DNA of 64,000 bases. Source: Candidatus Cloacimonadales bacterium. Lineage in GTDB: Bacteria; Cloacimonadota; Cloacimonadia; Cloacimonadales; JAFGVF01. The translations under genes were made by a program, and so were the position numbers. Below, in pieces: positions 31,123-41,000 of this stretch (position 1 is the stretch's first letter; every line of letters begins with the position of its first letter). Under the pieces are notes generated by a model. It saw only the letters and a program-made list of their open reading frames with translations, ran no database searches and was not told where the DNA came from. The stretch covers positions 1,824,001 to 1,888,000 of the forward strand of contig OY782781.1 of NCBI GenBank assembly GCA_963678315.1, given 5' to 3'.

Positions 31123-31178
31123 TAACTCCTAACTCCTAACTCCTAACTCCTAACTCCTCATTCCTCACTCCTCACTCC
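31123..31178 (+). repeat. Heptamer tandem repeat (TAACTCC)x5 then TCATTCC, TCACTCC x2
   Basis: Read directly from the sequence. Confidence 0.9.
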
Positions 31179-31378
31179 ACCATTACGCCCCACATTGAAA
31201 AATCGGCCTTTTTTCAAGGAGGCAAGTAAGGCTGGGATATAAATAAATAAAAAATCGGGATTGAGTTAATCAAAAATATTAAGATTTGTTAGAGAAATAG
31301 ACTAGTTGTAAGCTATTATAAGATAATGCTTTGAGATGTGTAATAGGAGAAAGCGGGCTAGATAGATAAAATATTTTT

Positions 31379-31405
31379 TTAGCAGACTAAGTTTTTGATT
31401 GACAA
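31379..31405 (+). promoter_or_regulatory. Degenerate CIRCE-like site overlapping the -35 of the hrcA promoter
   Basis: TTAGCAGAC-N9-GATTGACAA compared with consensus TTAGCACTC-N9-GAGTGCTAA. Confidence 0.5.
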
Positions 31406-31426
31406 TTTTTATAAACGAATTAAATT
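31399..31426 (+). promoter_or_regulatory. Sigma70-type promoter of the hrcA operon
   Basis: TTGACA-16 nt-TAAATT, located between two CIRCE-like sites. Confidence 0.55.
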
Positions 31427-31436
31427 GTCATTGTAT

Positions 31437-31463
31437 TTAGCAGAAAAGATTGTTTAGTGCTAA
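31437..31463 (+). promoter_or_regulatory. CIRCE element (HrcA operator)
   Basis: TTAGCAGAA-N9-TAGTGCTAA, 10 nt upstream of hrcA. Confidence 0.8.
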
Positions 31464-31473
31464 GGGGTAAAGA

Positions 31474-32523
31474 ATGAAAAAGAATGAAATAAGGCTTAAT
31501 ACTACTTTAAAGAATCTAATTGAAGAGTACTTGATTGAGAATGAACCAATATCTTCTCGTATAATATATGAGAAGTATATGAGCAATGTTAGTCCGGCAA
31601 CTTTAAGAATAGATTTGAATAAATTGGAACAGAGGGGATATATTTGGCAACCTCATACTTCTGCAGGTAGAACACCTACAGTTAAGGGTTTTAGAAAGTA
31701 TATTGAACTAATCAGAGATGAATTGGATCAGCATCAATATCCTAGACTCTCTGCTTTACGTGAGTTGTTGATTTCTAACTACAAGAATACTCCTCTTGGT
31801 TTGCACTATATTATGCAGATTTTAGCACAGGAATCAGACCAACTATCTTTTGTAGCAGAACCAGAGATTTCAACAGGTTTTCTTTCTAATCTTGAAGTAT
31901 TTAACATAGGTGGTAACAAGCTTTTATTTGTGGTAAGCCTAGATTCAGGAATGGATAAGACTGTTATTTTACACTGCGACTATGATATCAATGATGCACA
32001 GTTAAAGAAATTAGTTAAGTATGTGAGAGATGAGTATATCGGATTAAGAATATATGATATCATTAATAAGCATCTTTCTACCGTTACTGAAGAAGATAGT
32101 GAGAGTCCTAGTTTATTGACTCTATTCTTAACAGAAATGCATAAGGCACTTGTAGAGATAAGTGGTTATTATATTCATTTTGATGGAAATATGTCCTTTA
32201 TTGAACAGCCTGAATTTGATAATAAAGAGAATATAATGAAGTTCTTTAATATAATTCAGAGACAAGATCTGCTAATAAATACTATGCAAGAGAATGATAA
32301 TGGGCAAGCATTTAACGTGCTTATGGGTGATGAACTAAATGACGGCTTATGGCATGATTTTGTGTTGATTTATGCAAAATATGAATTATTTGATATACCT
32401 GGTTACTTAGGGATTGTAAGTCCACTAAGAAACAATTATAAGAAGAACATTGCTATGATTCGAGATATAGCAAAAACGATAACTGAAACAACAAGAAAGG
32501 GAAGAATAGTTCCTAAGTTTTAG
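31474..32523 (+). CDS. hrcA: Heat-inducible transcription repressor HrcA
   Basis: EPISS, VSPATLR, QPHTSAGRTPT..GFR and QPEF. Upstream of grpE-dnaK. Confidence 0.95.
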   Translation: MKKNEIRLNTTLKNLIEEYLIENEPISSRIIYEKYMSNVSPATLRIDLNKLEQRGYIWQPHTSAGRTPTVKGFRKYIELIRDELDQHQYPRLSALRELLISNYKNTPLGLHYIMQILAQESDQLSFVAEPEISTGFLSNLEVFNIGGNKLLFVVSLDSGMDKTVILHCDYDINDAQLKKLVKYVRDEYIGLRIYDIINKHLSTVTEEDSESPSLLTLFLTEMHKALVEISGYYIHFDGNMSFIEQPEFDNKENIMKFFNIIQRQDLLINTMQENDNGQAFNVLMGDELNDGLWHDFVLIYAKYELFDIPGYLGIVSPLRNNYKKNIAMIRDIAKTITETTRKGRIVPKF

Positions 32524-32533
32524 AGGGTGAATT

Positions 32534-33163
32534 ATGGCACGTAAGAAATTGAAAGATCAAGCAAAACATAAGGATAAAGCAAGGAAGATGAACGAATTTA
32601 AAAAGAATATCGACATAGAAGATTTAGATTCAAAAGAAGAATCAGTTAAAGAAGAGACTAATACTGAAGCTGAAGAAAACACAGAGAAAGAAGAATCTTC
32701 AGTTGATGAGCAAGTAGCTCTATGGAAAGATAAATATCTTAGAACAATGGCAGAATTTGAAAACTATCGCAGAAGATCTATCAAAGAGAAGAGTGATTGG
32801 TTAAAGAATTCTAATGAACGAATTGTACTTTCAATATGTGATGTGATGGATAATTTCGAAAGAGCTATGGAGCAGATGCAAGAAGAGCATTCTGAAGATC
32901 CATTTATCAAAGGAATTGTTCAGATTAAGAAGCAATTAGATAATATTTTAGAAAAAGAAAATGTAAAAAAGATAGAAACTGAAGATGCAGTCTTTGATCC
33001 AGCTATGCACGAAGCATTAGCTCATATTCCATCAGACAAAGATGAGAATGAGATTGTAGCAGTTATTCAAAATGGATACATGATGAACGAAAAAGTCATC
33101 AGAGCAGCAAGAGTTGCTGTCTCAAATGGTATTAAACCAGAAAATAAAGAAGAAAATAATTAA
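32534..33163 (+). CDS. grpE: Nucleotide exchange factor GrpE
   Basis: AEFENYRRR, DNFERA, FDP..HEA and GY..IRAARVAV. Confidence 0.96.
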   Translation: MARKKLKDQAKHKDKARKMNEFKKNIDIEDLDSKEESVKEETNTEAEENTEKEESSVDEQVALWKDKYLRTMAEFENYRRRSIKEKSDWLKNSNERIVLSICDVMDNFERAMEQMQEEHSEDPFIKGIVQIKKQLDNILEKENVKKIETEDAVFDPAMHEALAHIPSDKDENEIVAVIQNGYMMNEKVIRAARVAVSNGIKPENKEENN

Positions 33164-33178
33164 TAAATTGGAGGAATG

Positions 33179-35128
33179 ATGGGAAAAATCATTGGTATTG
33201 ATCTCGGAACTACAAATAGTTGTGTTGCTGTTGTTGAAGGTGGAAAACCTGTTGTTATTACAAATGCTGAAGGTACAAGAACTACTCCTTCAGTAGTAGG
33301 ATTTACAAAAGATGGAAATAGAGTTATTGGTAAATTAGCCAAAAACCAAGCTATTACTAATCCTAAGAATACTGTTTTCTCAATCAAAAGATTTATGGGA
33401 CGTGCACACGGTGAAGTTCAAAATGAAATTTCACAAGTTCCTTATAAAGTGATTTCAGGTGTAAGAAACCAAGCAGCTGTTCATATTGATGTAGAAAAGA
33501 AAGATTTTACTCCTCAAGAAATTTCAGCTCTCATTCTTACAAAAATGAAAGAAACTGCAGAAGAATATTTAGGCGAAAAAATCACTGAAGCTGTGGTTAC
33601 TGTTCCTGCATACTTTAATGATGCACAAAGACAAGCTACTAAAGATGCGGGTAAGATTGCAGGTCTTGATGTAAAAAGAATCATCAACGAACCTACTGCA
33701 GCTGCATTATCTTACGGTGTAGAAAATAAAAAAGAACAAAAGATTGTTGTTTATGACCTCGGTGGTGGAACATTTGACGTTTCTATTCTTGATATCTCTG
33801 ATGGTGTTGTAGAAGTTATGTCAACAAATGGTGATACACATCTTGGTGGTGATGATTTTGATAAAAGAGTTATTGATTGGATTTTACGAAAGTTCAAAGA
33901 GCGAGAAGGTATGGATTTAAGTAGCGATGCAATGGCTATGCAAAGACTTAAAGAAGCTGCTGAAAAAGCTAAAATTGAGCTTTCAGGAACTCAATCAACT
34001 AACATTAACCTTCCTTTCATCACAGCTGATGCATCTGGTCCTAAACATTTAAATATTGACTTATCAAGAAGTGAGTTTAACCGTTTAATCTCTGATTTGA
34101 TTGATAGATCTTTAGAACCATGTAAGAAGGCATTAAATGATGCAAATATATCACTTAGTGAAATCAATGAAGTTCTTTTAGTTGGTGGTTCAACAAGAAC
34201 TCCAGCTGTTCAAGAAGCTGTTGAAAACTTCTTCGGTAAAAAAGCTAATAAATCAGTTAACCCTGATGAAGTTGTTGCTATTGGTGCTGCTATTCAAGGT
34301 GGTATCCTTGGTGGCGATGAAAACATGAATGATGTCCTTCTTCTTGATGTTACTCCTCTTTCATTAGGTATTGAAACATTGGGTGGAATTTCAACAGTTC
34401 TTATTCCAAGAAATACAACAATTCCAACTAAAAAGAGCCAAGTATTCTCTACTGCTGTAGATAACCAACCTGCAGTTGATATCAAAGTTCTTCAAGGTGA
34501 AAGAAAAATGGCAAATGACAACAAGGTTCTAGGAAACTTCCAACTTGTTGGTATTGCTCCAGCACCAAGAGGTGTTCCTCAAATCGAAGTGACATTTGAT
34601 ATTGATGCTAATGGTATCATAAATGTTACTGCTTCTGATAAAGGTACTGGAAAGAAACATTCAATTAAAATTGACAGAGCTGGAACTCTTTCAGAAGATG
34701 ATATTGAAAAAATGGTTAGAGATGCAGAAATGCACTCAGAAGAAGATAAACAAAAAGCAGAAAAAATTACTGCTAGAAATGAACTTGATTCTGTGATTTT
34801 CTCAACAGAAAAAGCAATCAAAGATTATGGTGATAAAGTGTCTCCAGAAGATGTAAAAGCAGCTGAAGAAGCTGTTGCTGATGCTAAAAAAGTTCATGAA
34901 AATACAGAACTTCCTAAAGAAGATTATGAAAAAGCAAAAGAAACTTTAGCTCAAAAAGCACAAAAGATTGGTGAAGCTATGTATGCAGATATGCAACAAC
35001 AACAAGCTGGTGCTCAAGGTGCTAATCCACAAGATTTTGCTCAACAACAACAGCAACAAGAACAAGCTCAACAAGATAATGGTCCAATGGACGCAGAGTT
35101 TGAAGTTGTTGATGATGAAGAAAAATAA
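33179..35128 (+). CDS. dnaK: Chaperone DnaK
   Basis: [22 protein letters not shown] and [10 protein letters not shown]. The GGAGG RBS favours the second ATG. Confidence 0.98.
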   Translation: MGKIIGIDLGTTNSCVAVVEGGKPVVITNAEGTRTTPSVVGFTKDGNRVIGKLAKNQAITNPKNTVFSIKRFMGRAHGEVQNEISQVPYKVISGVRNQAAVHIDVEKKDFTPQEISALILTKMKETAEEYLGEKITEAVVTVPAYFNDAQRQATKDAGKIAGLDVKRIINEPTAAALSYGVENKKEQKIVVYDLGGGTFDVSILDISDGVVEVMSTNGDTHLGGDDFDKRVIDWILRKFKEREGMDLSSDAMAMQRLKEAAEKAKIELSGTQSTNINLPFITADASGPKHLNIDLSRSEFNRLISDLIDRSLEPCKKALNDANISLSEINEVLLVGGSTRTPAVQEAVENFFGKKANKSVNPDEVVAIGAAIQGGILGGDENMNDVLLLDVTPLSLGIETLGGISTVLIPRNTTIPTKKSQVFSTAVDNQPAVDIKVLQGERKMANDNKVLGNFQLVGIAPAPRGVPQIEVTFDIDANGIINVTASDKGTGKKHSIKIDRAGTLSEDDIEKMVRDAEMHSEEDKQKAEKITARNELDSVIFSTEKAIKDYGDKVSPEDVKAAEEAVADAKKVHENTELPKEDYEKAKETLAQKAQKIGEAMYADMQQQQAGAQGANPQDFAQQQQQQEQAQQDNGPMDAEFEVVDDEEK

Positions 35129-35147
35129 TTGTAACTAATAAATATAT

Positions 35148-35174
35148 GGTAGGGAGTCTTTTTAGCTCCCTGCC
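35148..35174 (+). terminator. Stem-loop after dnaK
   Basis: GGTAGGGAGT..GCTCCCTGCC with a weak U-tail. Confidence 0.5.
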
Positions 35175-35287
35175 GTGTCTTATGTGAATATTGATAAAGT
35201 ATTTAGACTTGTGTTAAATACACAGAATCTTTCTACCAAATTAGTGATAAATCTTTTATCACTATTCATATTATAAAGTGAGGAATA

Positions 35288-36445
35288 ATGGCTAAAAGAG
35301 ATTATTATGAAGTCCTTGGGGTTGAAAAAAGTGCCTCTGACTCTGAAATAAAAAAAGCATATAGAAAATTAGCAATGAAATATCATCCCGATAAAGCAGG
35401 TGATGATAAAGAAGCTGAAGAAAAATTTAAGGAAGCATCAGAAGCTTATGAAGTTCTTAGTGATGCAGATAAAAAAGCACGTTATGACCAATATGGACAT
35501 GCTGGCTTAGAAGGTGCATTCGGTCAGGGTGGATTTAATTGGAGCGACTTTACTCATGCTGGTGACTTCTCTGATATCTTTGGAGAAGGTGGTTTCTCAA
35601 GTATCTTTGAGCAGTTCTTTGGTGGCTTTGGTGGAGGTGGTTCTCGCCGTTCTTCAAGAAGAAATAGGGGAGAAGACCTGCAAATAGAAATTTCTATTTC
35701 CATGAAAGAAGTGAATGATGGTGTTAGTAAAAAAATAAAAATTAAAGTAAAAGATACTTGTGACCATTGTCATGGAACTGGCTCTGAAGATGGTAAATCT
35801 GAAACTTGCCCACAATGTAATGGAACAGGACAGGTAAGACAAGTTAGACAATCATTATTTGGTCAAATCCAAACAGTTGGAGAATGTCCTACTTGTAGTG
35901 GTCGTGGAAAGATTATAAAAAACAAATGTCATGTCTGTCATGGAGTAGGAAGAGTTGAAAAATTCAAAGAAATTAAAGTAAAAATTCCTGCTGGTATTGA
36001 AGAAGGCCAATACTTTAGACTCAGAGGACAAGGCAATGTAGCACCTAACAATGGTGAACGTGGAGATATAATTGTTCTCGTACACGTTAAAGAGCATGAT
36101 ATGTTCGAACGTGATGGTGCTAACTTAGTCTTAGACTTCCCAATAAGTTTTTCACAAGCAGCATTGGGTGATGAAGTCACAGTTCCTACTATAAGTGGTA
36201 AAATTAAAATGAAGATTCCATCAGGAACTCAGTCTGGCAAAATATTTAGATTAAGAAACCAAGGTTTACCACATGTGAATTCTACCTATAGAGGAGATCT
36301 TTATGTTAGAGTATCTGTTATAACTCCAACAAAGTTATCTTCTAAAGAAAAACAACTGTTTGAAGAACTAAAAGGTTTCGATAGTGAAAAGAAACTTAAA
36401 CCTGGTAAAGGTTTTCTAGATAAAGTTAAAGATTTCTTATTTTAA
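35288..36445 (+). CDS. dnaJ: Chaperone DnaJ
   Basis: J-domain HPD, G/F region and four CxxCxGxG motifs. Confidence 0.98.
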   Translation: MAKRDYYEVLGVEKSASDSEIKKAYRKLAMKYHPDKAGDDKEAEEKFKEASEAYEVLSDADKKARYDQYGHAGLEGAFGQGGFNWSDFTHAGDFSDIFGEGGFSSIFEQFFGGFGGGGSRRSSRRNRGEDLQIEISISMKEVNDGVSKKIKIKVKDTCDHCHGTGSEDGKSETCPQCNGTGQVRQVRQSLFGQIQTVGECPTCSGRGKIIKNKCHVCHGVGRVEKFKEIKVKIPAGIEEGQYFRLRGQGNVAPNNGERGDIIVLVHVKEHDMFERDGANLVLDFPISFSQAALGDEVTVPTISGKIKMKIPSGTQSGKIFRLRNQGLPHVNSTYRGDLYVRVSVITPTKLSSKEKQLFEELKGFDSEKKLKPGKGFLDKVKDFLF

Positions 36446-36453
36446 GACAAGAT

Positions 36454-36491
36454 AGAGTAGAGGCCTTTTTATATATGTCTCTACTCTTTTT
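36454..36491 (+). terminator. Intrinsic terminator after dnaJ
   Basis: AGAGTAGAGGC..GTCTCTACTCT followed by a T-run. Confidence 0.65.
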
Positions 36492-36514
36492 AAGTATATT
36501 ATTAGGAGTTTAAG

Positions 36515-37231
36515 TTGCCAAGTTTTTATTACCCCCAACTTGATGAAAAATCAAAGATAGTTTCTATTGAAGATACAGAGTTTAAACATATTGCTAAGGT
36601 ATTTAGACATAAAACTGGTGATGTTATTAACTTAAATTCTGGTAAGGGCTTCTATGCTTCTGCAGAAATAATTGAGCTTGATAAGAATAAGCTAGTTTGC
36701 CAGATAAAAGCCTTCGTTCCTAAAGAAAAGTATGAACCTGCTATTGCTGTAGCTTTCTCATTATTAAGAAATAAGAATGACTTTTTACTAGTTGAGAAGC
36801 TTACTGAACTGGGAGTGGCTGAGTTGTTTCCATTTGAATCTGACTATAGTGTAAGAAAAGCTAGCAAAAATACTAAAGAAAAATTTGTAACTACAGCAAT
36901 TGGAGCTATTAAACAATGTGATAATGCTTATTTGCCAATAGTTAATGATAGCATAAGACTTAGTCAAGTAATAGAAAATGTAATTACTAAAGGATATATT
37001 CCGGTTATTGCTTCAGAGCTTGAAAATGACAAAACAATAATTGATGTTGTTAATGAGGCAAAAGGAAAGGCTATTTGTATTTTTATTGGACCGGAAGGTG
37101 GTTTTTCTAAAGGTGAATTTGATTTATTTAAACAGAAAGAATTTATTCAATTTAAATTAGGAATAAATATACTACGTGCAGAAACCGCTGCAATATGTGC
37201 AGTTTCACAAGTTATTTCAAGTTATTTATAA
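36515..37231 (+). CDS. rsmE: 16S rRNA m3U1498 methyltransferase RsmE
   Basis: H..KVFR, EKLTELGV, IGPEGGF and ILRAETAA. TTG start after AGGAG. Confidence 0.94.
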   Translation: MPSFYYPQLDEKSKIVSIEDTEFKHIAKVFRHKTGDVINLNSGKGFYASAEIIELDKNKLVCQIKAFVPKEKYEPAIAVAFSLLRNKNDFLLVEKLTELGVAELFPFESDYSVRKASKNTKEKFVTTAIGAIKQCDNAYLPIVNDSIRLSQVIENVITKGYIPVIASELENDKTIIDVVNEAKGKAICIFIGPEGGFSKGEFDLFKQKEFIQFKLGINILRAETAAICAVSQVISSYL

Positions 37232-37244
37232 TTTACATATTTGT

Positions 37245-37880
37245 TTAACGGGCAATATTAGTATTCTTTACTTTTCCCAGAAGAGCTGCTAGAGCTGGGT
37301 AAATATCCATGTTTTCTACCACAACATTATCAGGAACATTGAGCTTCCTTGGAGTGAAGTTCCATATACCTTGAATACCTGCCTCAACCATCTGGTCAGC
37401 TAACTTTTGTGAATATTTAGCAGGAGTTGCAATAATAGCTATTTTAATCTCAAGTATTTCTATAACATCTTTCAATTTCTCGATAGAATAAACTTTAACA
37501 TTATTGATTCTTTTATCAATCTTATCTTCATCATTATCAAATGCTGCAACTATTTGAAGACCTGCATGACTGAACCCTTCATAATTTATGAGAGCTTTCC
37601 CCATAGAACCAACACCCACTAAACATGCATCAGTTAGGCTATCCCAATCTAAAAACTCAATACAAGCTCGTAAAAGTGCATCTACTTGATGACCACGTTT
37701 AGGTATTCCTCTGACTCCTGTTAGAGCAAGATCTTTACGTATCTGGGTATGATGAATATCTAAGAACCTGGACAACTCGGAAGCTGAAGTGTATTCTTGT
37801 CCCTTCTTCTTTAATGTTCTTAAAACATATATGTACTTAGGAAATCTTCTTAATGTTAAATCTGAAATATCTTGAGACAT
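37245..37880 (-). CDS. rex: Redox-sensing transcriptional repressor Rex
   Basis: TLRR..Y, QIRKDL, VGVGSMGKAL, AAFD and GIWNFTP. Confidence 0.92.
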   Translation of the reverse strand: MSQDISDLTLRRFPKYIYVLRTLKKKGQEYTSASELSRFLDIHHTQIRKDLALTGVRGIPKRGHQVDALLRACIEFLDWDSLTDACLVGVGSMGKALINYEGFSHAGLQIVAAFDNDEDKIDKRINNVKVYSIEKLKDVIEILEIKIAIIATPAKYSQKLADQMVEAGIQGIWNFTPRKLNVPDNVVVENMDIYPALAALLGKVKNTNIAR

Positions 37881-38065
37881 AAGTTAATATTCTCCTTTTA
37901 TTAAATAATAGTTTATCGATAAAATCTGTCAAGTTATTTTTAATCTAGAAAGTTTAAATTAATATTAACTGCTATAATCTAAAATTTCATAATTAACTAA
38001 ATTCTAAAATATATTGACAACCAAAAAAGCTGAATCTAACATGGTTGTAATCTTAAGGAGTTGTT

Positions 38066-41000
38066 ATGAAGAAGACTGTCATGTTATTGTTTTGTTTGTT
38101 TTTTATAGTTATGGTTTTTGCGAGTATCAGAGTTGATTTGAAATTACGTTCGGATGATTTCTATGCTGATACTGGAATGGAAATAGGGTATCCAGACCCT
38201 ACTTGGGAGTATAGAGGTGCACTTATGACGGACCGAGGGGACCGTCATTATAAGCATGATAGTAATAACAACTCATACGGTTCTGGTGCATGGTATAATC
38301 AGCCTCTGGAAGTCTTTTATGATTTAAGTGATTTCCTGGTAAACTCCGATAATGTTTATGAATTTGGGTATCTAGGAATAAATTTAATTGGTTGGGAAGA
38401 TGATAATGGTTCTGCTTATAATTATGATGATGGTGATGATAATTTTGAATATGGATGGGAATTTTACAATATTTTTGATTATGAGCAAGGAATATGGCAA
38501 GATATTAATGATGCAGGCTATGTGGATATTGGAAGCCATGCTGACAATAATAAATACAGGATGGAAGTAGATGTCTGGTGGCAGTATACCTTGCCAGGTT
38601 TAATTGAAGGGCAAACTTCTGTAGTAGATGCTAATTCTGTTTTATTAACTAAAACCAATAATAACGATTATCAAATAGATTCTTGGGACTATGAGGTTAG
38701 CTCTGACGATTTTACTAACATTATATATTCAGGCACAAGTAGTGAAGAAAGCCTTGTAATTGATGGAATTGATGCGACTTCAGCTTATTATTTCAGGATT
38801 AGAGGAACAAATAATACTGGAAGTGGAGAATTTAATCAAGTTCCTTGTTACTTACCTTTACCAGGTTTAATTGAAGGGCAAACTTCTATTATAGACATTA
38901 ATACTATTTTACTAACCAAAACTAATAATAACAACTATCAAATAGATTCTTGGGACTATGAGGTCAGCTCTACCGAAGACTTTTCTAATATGTTATATTC
39001 AGGTACAAGTAGTGAAGAAAGCCTTGTAATTGAGAACTGTAACGTATTTGATGACTGTTATTTCAGAATAAGAGGATTAAATTCTTCTGGTTATGGGGCA
39101 TTCAACAATGTTGAATATAATCATCTTGAATATCCTAGCTTTACAGTTGATAAATTAGATAGTAAATCAATAGAAGTAGTATATCAAACAGGATGTGAAC
39201 TTATATCCTCATGGGATTGTCAAGTCTCATCAGATTTAGGTTTTAACGATATTGTGTCTGATGTGAGTTATATTGACGAAAATCAACAAACGATCACTGA
39301 CTTAGATTTTGATTCAATATACTATATTAGAACTAGACCTAGGGATGATCAAGCGCTAGGACCTTGGAGTAGCATTGACTCCATTAAAGTGTTGTGGCAG
39401 GGACAAGGATCTGAAGAGTCTCCTTTCTTAGTTAAGAATATCTATGACTTACAGAATATTGCCTTTAATGTAGATTACTTAGAATCTTCTTATCTACAAA
39501 CTAACGACATTGATGCATCAATAACTAATTCATGGAATGATGGGGCAGGATTTATACCTATAGGAAACTTTTCTGATAAATTTGAAGGCTATTATGATGG
39601 ACAAGGGTTCTCAATTAATAGCTTATATATTAATAGGGATGGTGATGAGATTGGATTATTCGCCTGGGCATCAAACTGCACTCTTACTAACATAAATTTG
39701 CTAGATGTAAATATTACAGGTATAGATAAAGTGGCATCATTAGTAGCTTTTATTACTTATTCTGATGTCACAGACTGTAATGTTAATGGGAGTGTCAGCG
39801 GAAATTCTTTCACAGGAGCTTTAGCTGCCTATCTAGTCGATGTTTGCATGGTAGATTGCTCCTCAAGTGTTGATATAGAGGCAAGTGGGCAACATAGTGG
39901 TGGTCTGGGAAAAATATTATATTCAACAGTCTCGAATTGTAATTTCTCTGGTAATATTGTTGGGCAATCTTGTACTGGAGGCTTTGCTGGGACAGTAGCA
40001 AGTTGTAACATTGACTCTTGTTATACAGAATGTCTTGTTACTGGAACTTCACATGTAGGAGGCTTTGCTGGAATAATTGATCACCACAATTCAGATCTAC
40101 AATACACAGTAAGCAACTGCTACTCAAATTCAGTCACGACTGGCAATACAAGCATTGGGGGCTTTGTTGGTTATTGTGCTGGTGGGAATAGTATAGAAAA
40201 TTGTTATGCTACTGGAACTTTAAGTGCAGATGATTATTATGGAGGATTTGCTGGAAAAACTGCATCCTGTATAATATATAATAGCTACACTTCGGTTGAA
40301 ATGCAAAATAGTAATGGTGATGACCATGGCTTTATAGGATATATTCGATATGACTATGACCCTGTTTTAGAGAACAATTTTTATTCCATAGAAGAAACAG
40401 GACAGAATGAAGCTCTCGGAGCTAGTGGCTTAACATTAGTGCAGATGCATAATCCATTAACCTTTATTAATGCTGGTTGGGATTACCTTGATGAGAGTGA
40501 AAACGGAAGTAATAGTATATGGGCTTTTGAACCTTACCAAAATCCTAGACTTTCTTTCGAAGATGCAGCTTTCATAACAGATTATGATTTAATTCCAAAC
40601 CAAGTAGAATATGAAGTTAATAAGCTAGATAATACTTCTATATCAATAGAATTAAGTGACTCTCATGGCTATGAAGTGACTAACTGGGACTATCAAATTA
40701 GTAGCGACACACTGTTTAATAATATAATTGCTTTGGGTAACTCTAGTGAGGAATCAATACTTGTAGAAAACCTACCTGCTCTAAATGAAACAGAATATTA
40801 TTGTTACCGCTTTAATTCTAAGAATGACTATGGGGAAAGTGGTTTTTCTGATGTTGTCTTTGCAATTCCTAATAATGTTGAGGCTTCTTTATCAAGTCTT
40901 GAAAACGGAGATATAAGAATAGAAAGAATAGTAGCAGGCAATTATCGGATTGATGGATGGGAGTATGAAATAGCTAGAAACATAACCTTTGATGATATCA

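Larger units (their letters stand above)
29761..31231. repeat. Mosaic palindromic repeat cluster 2 in the divergent cheR/hrcA spacer
   Basis: Consecutive REP-like hairpins, a 245-bp tandem, a triple-hairpin element, 7-/9-mer tracts and a 52-bp hairpin. The modules recur in other clusters. Confidence 0.9.

Noticed and set aside
34990..35075. CAA-rich poly-Gln tail of DnaK as a contingency repeat
   Set aside because: In-frame low-complexity tails are normal for DnaK.
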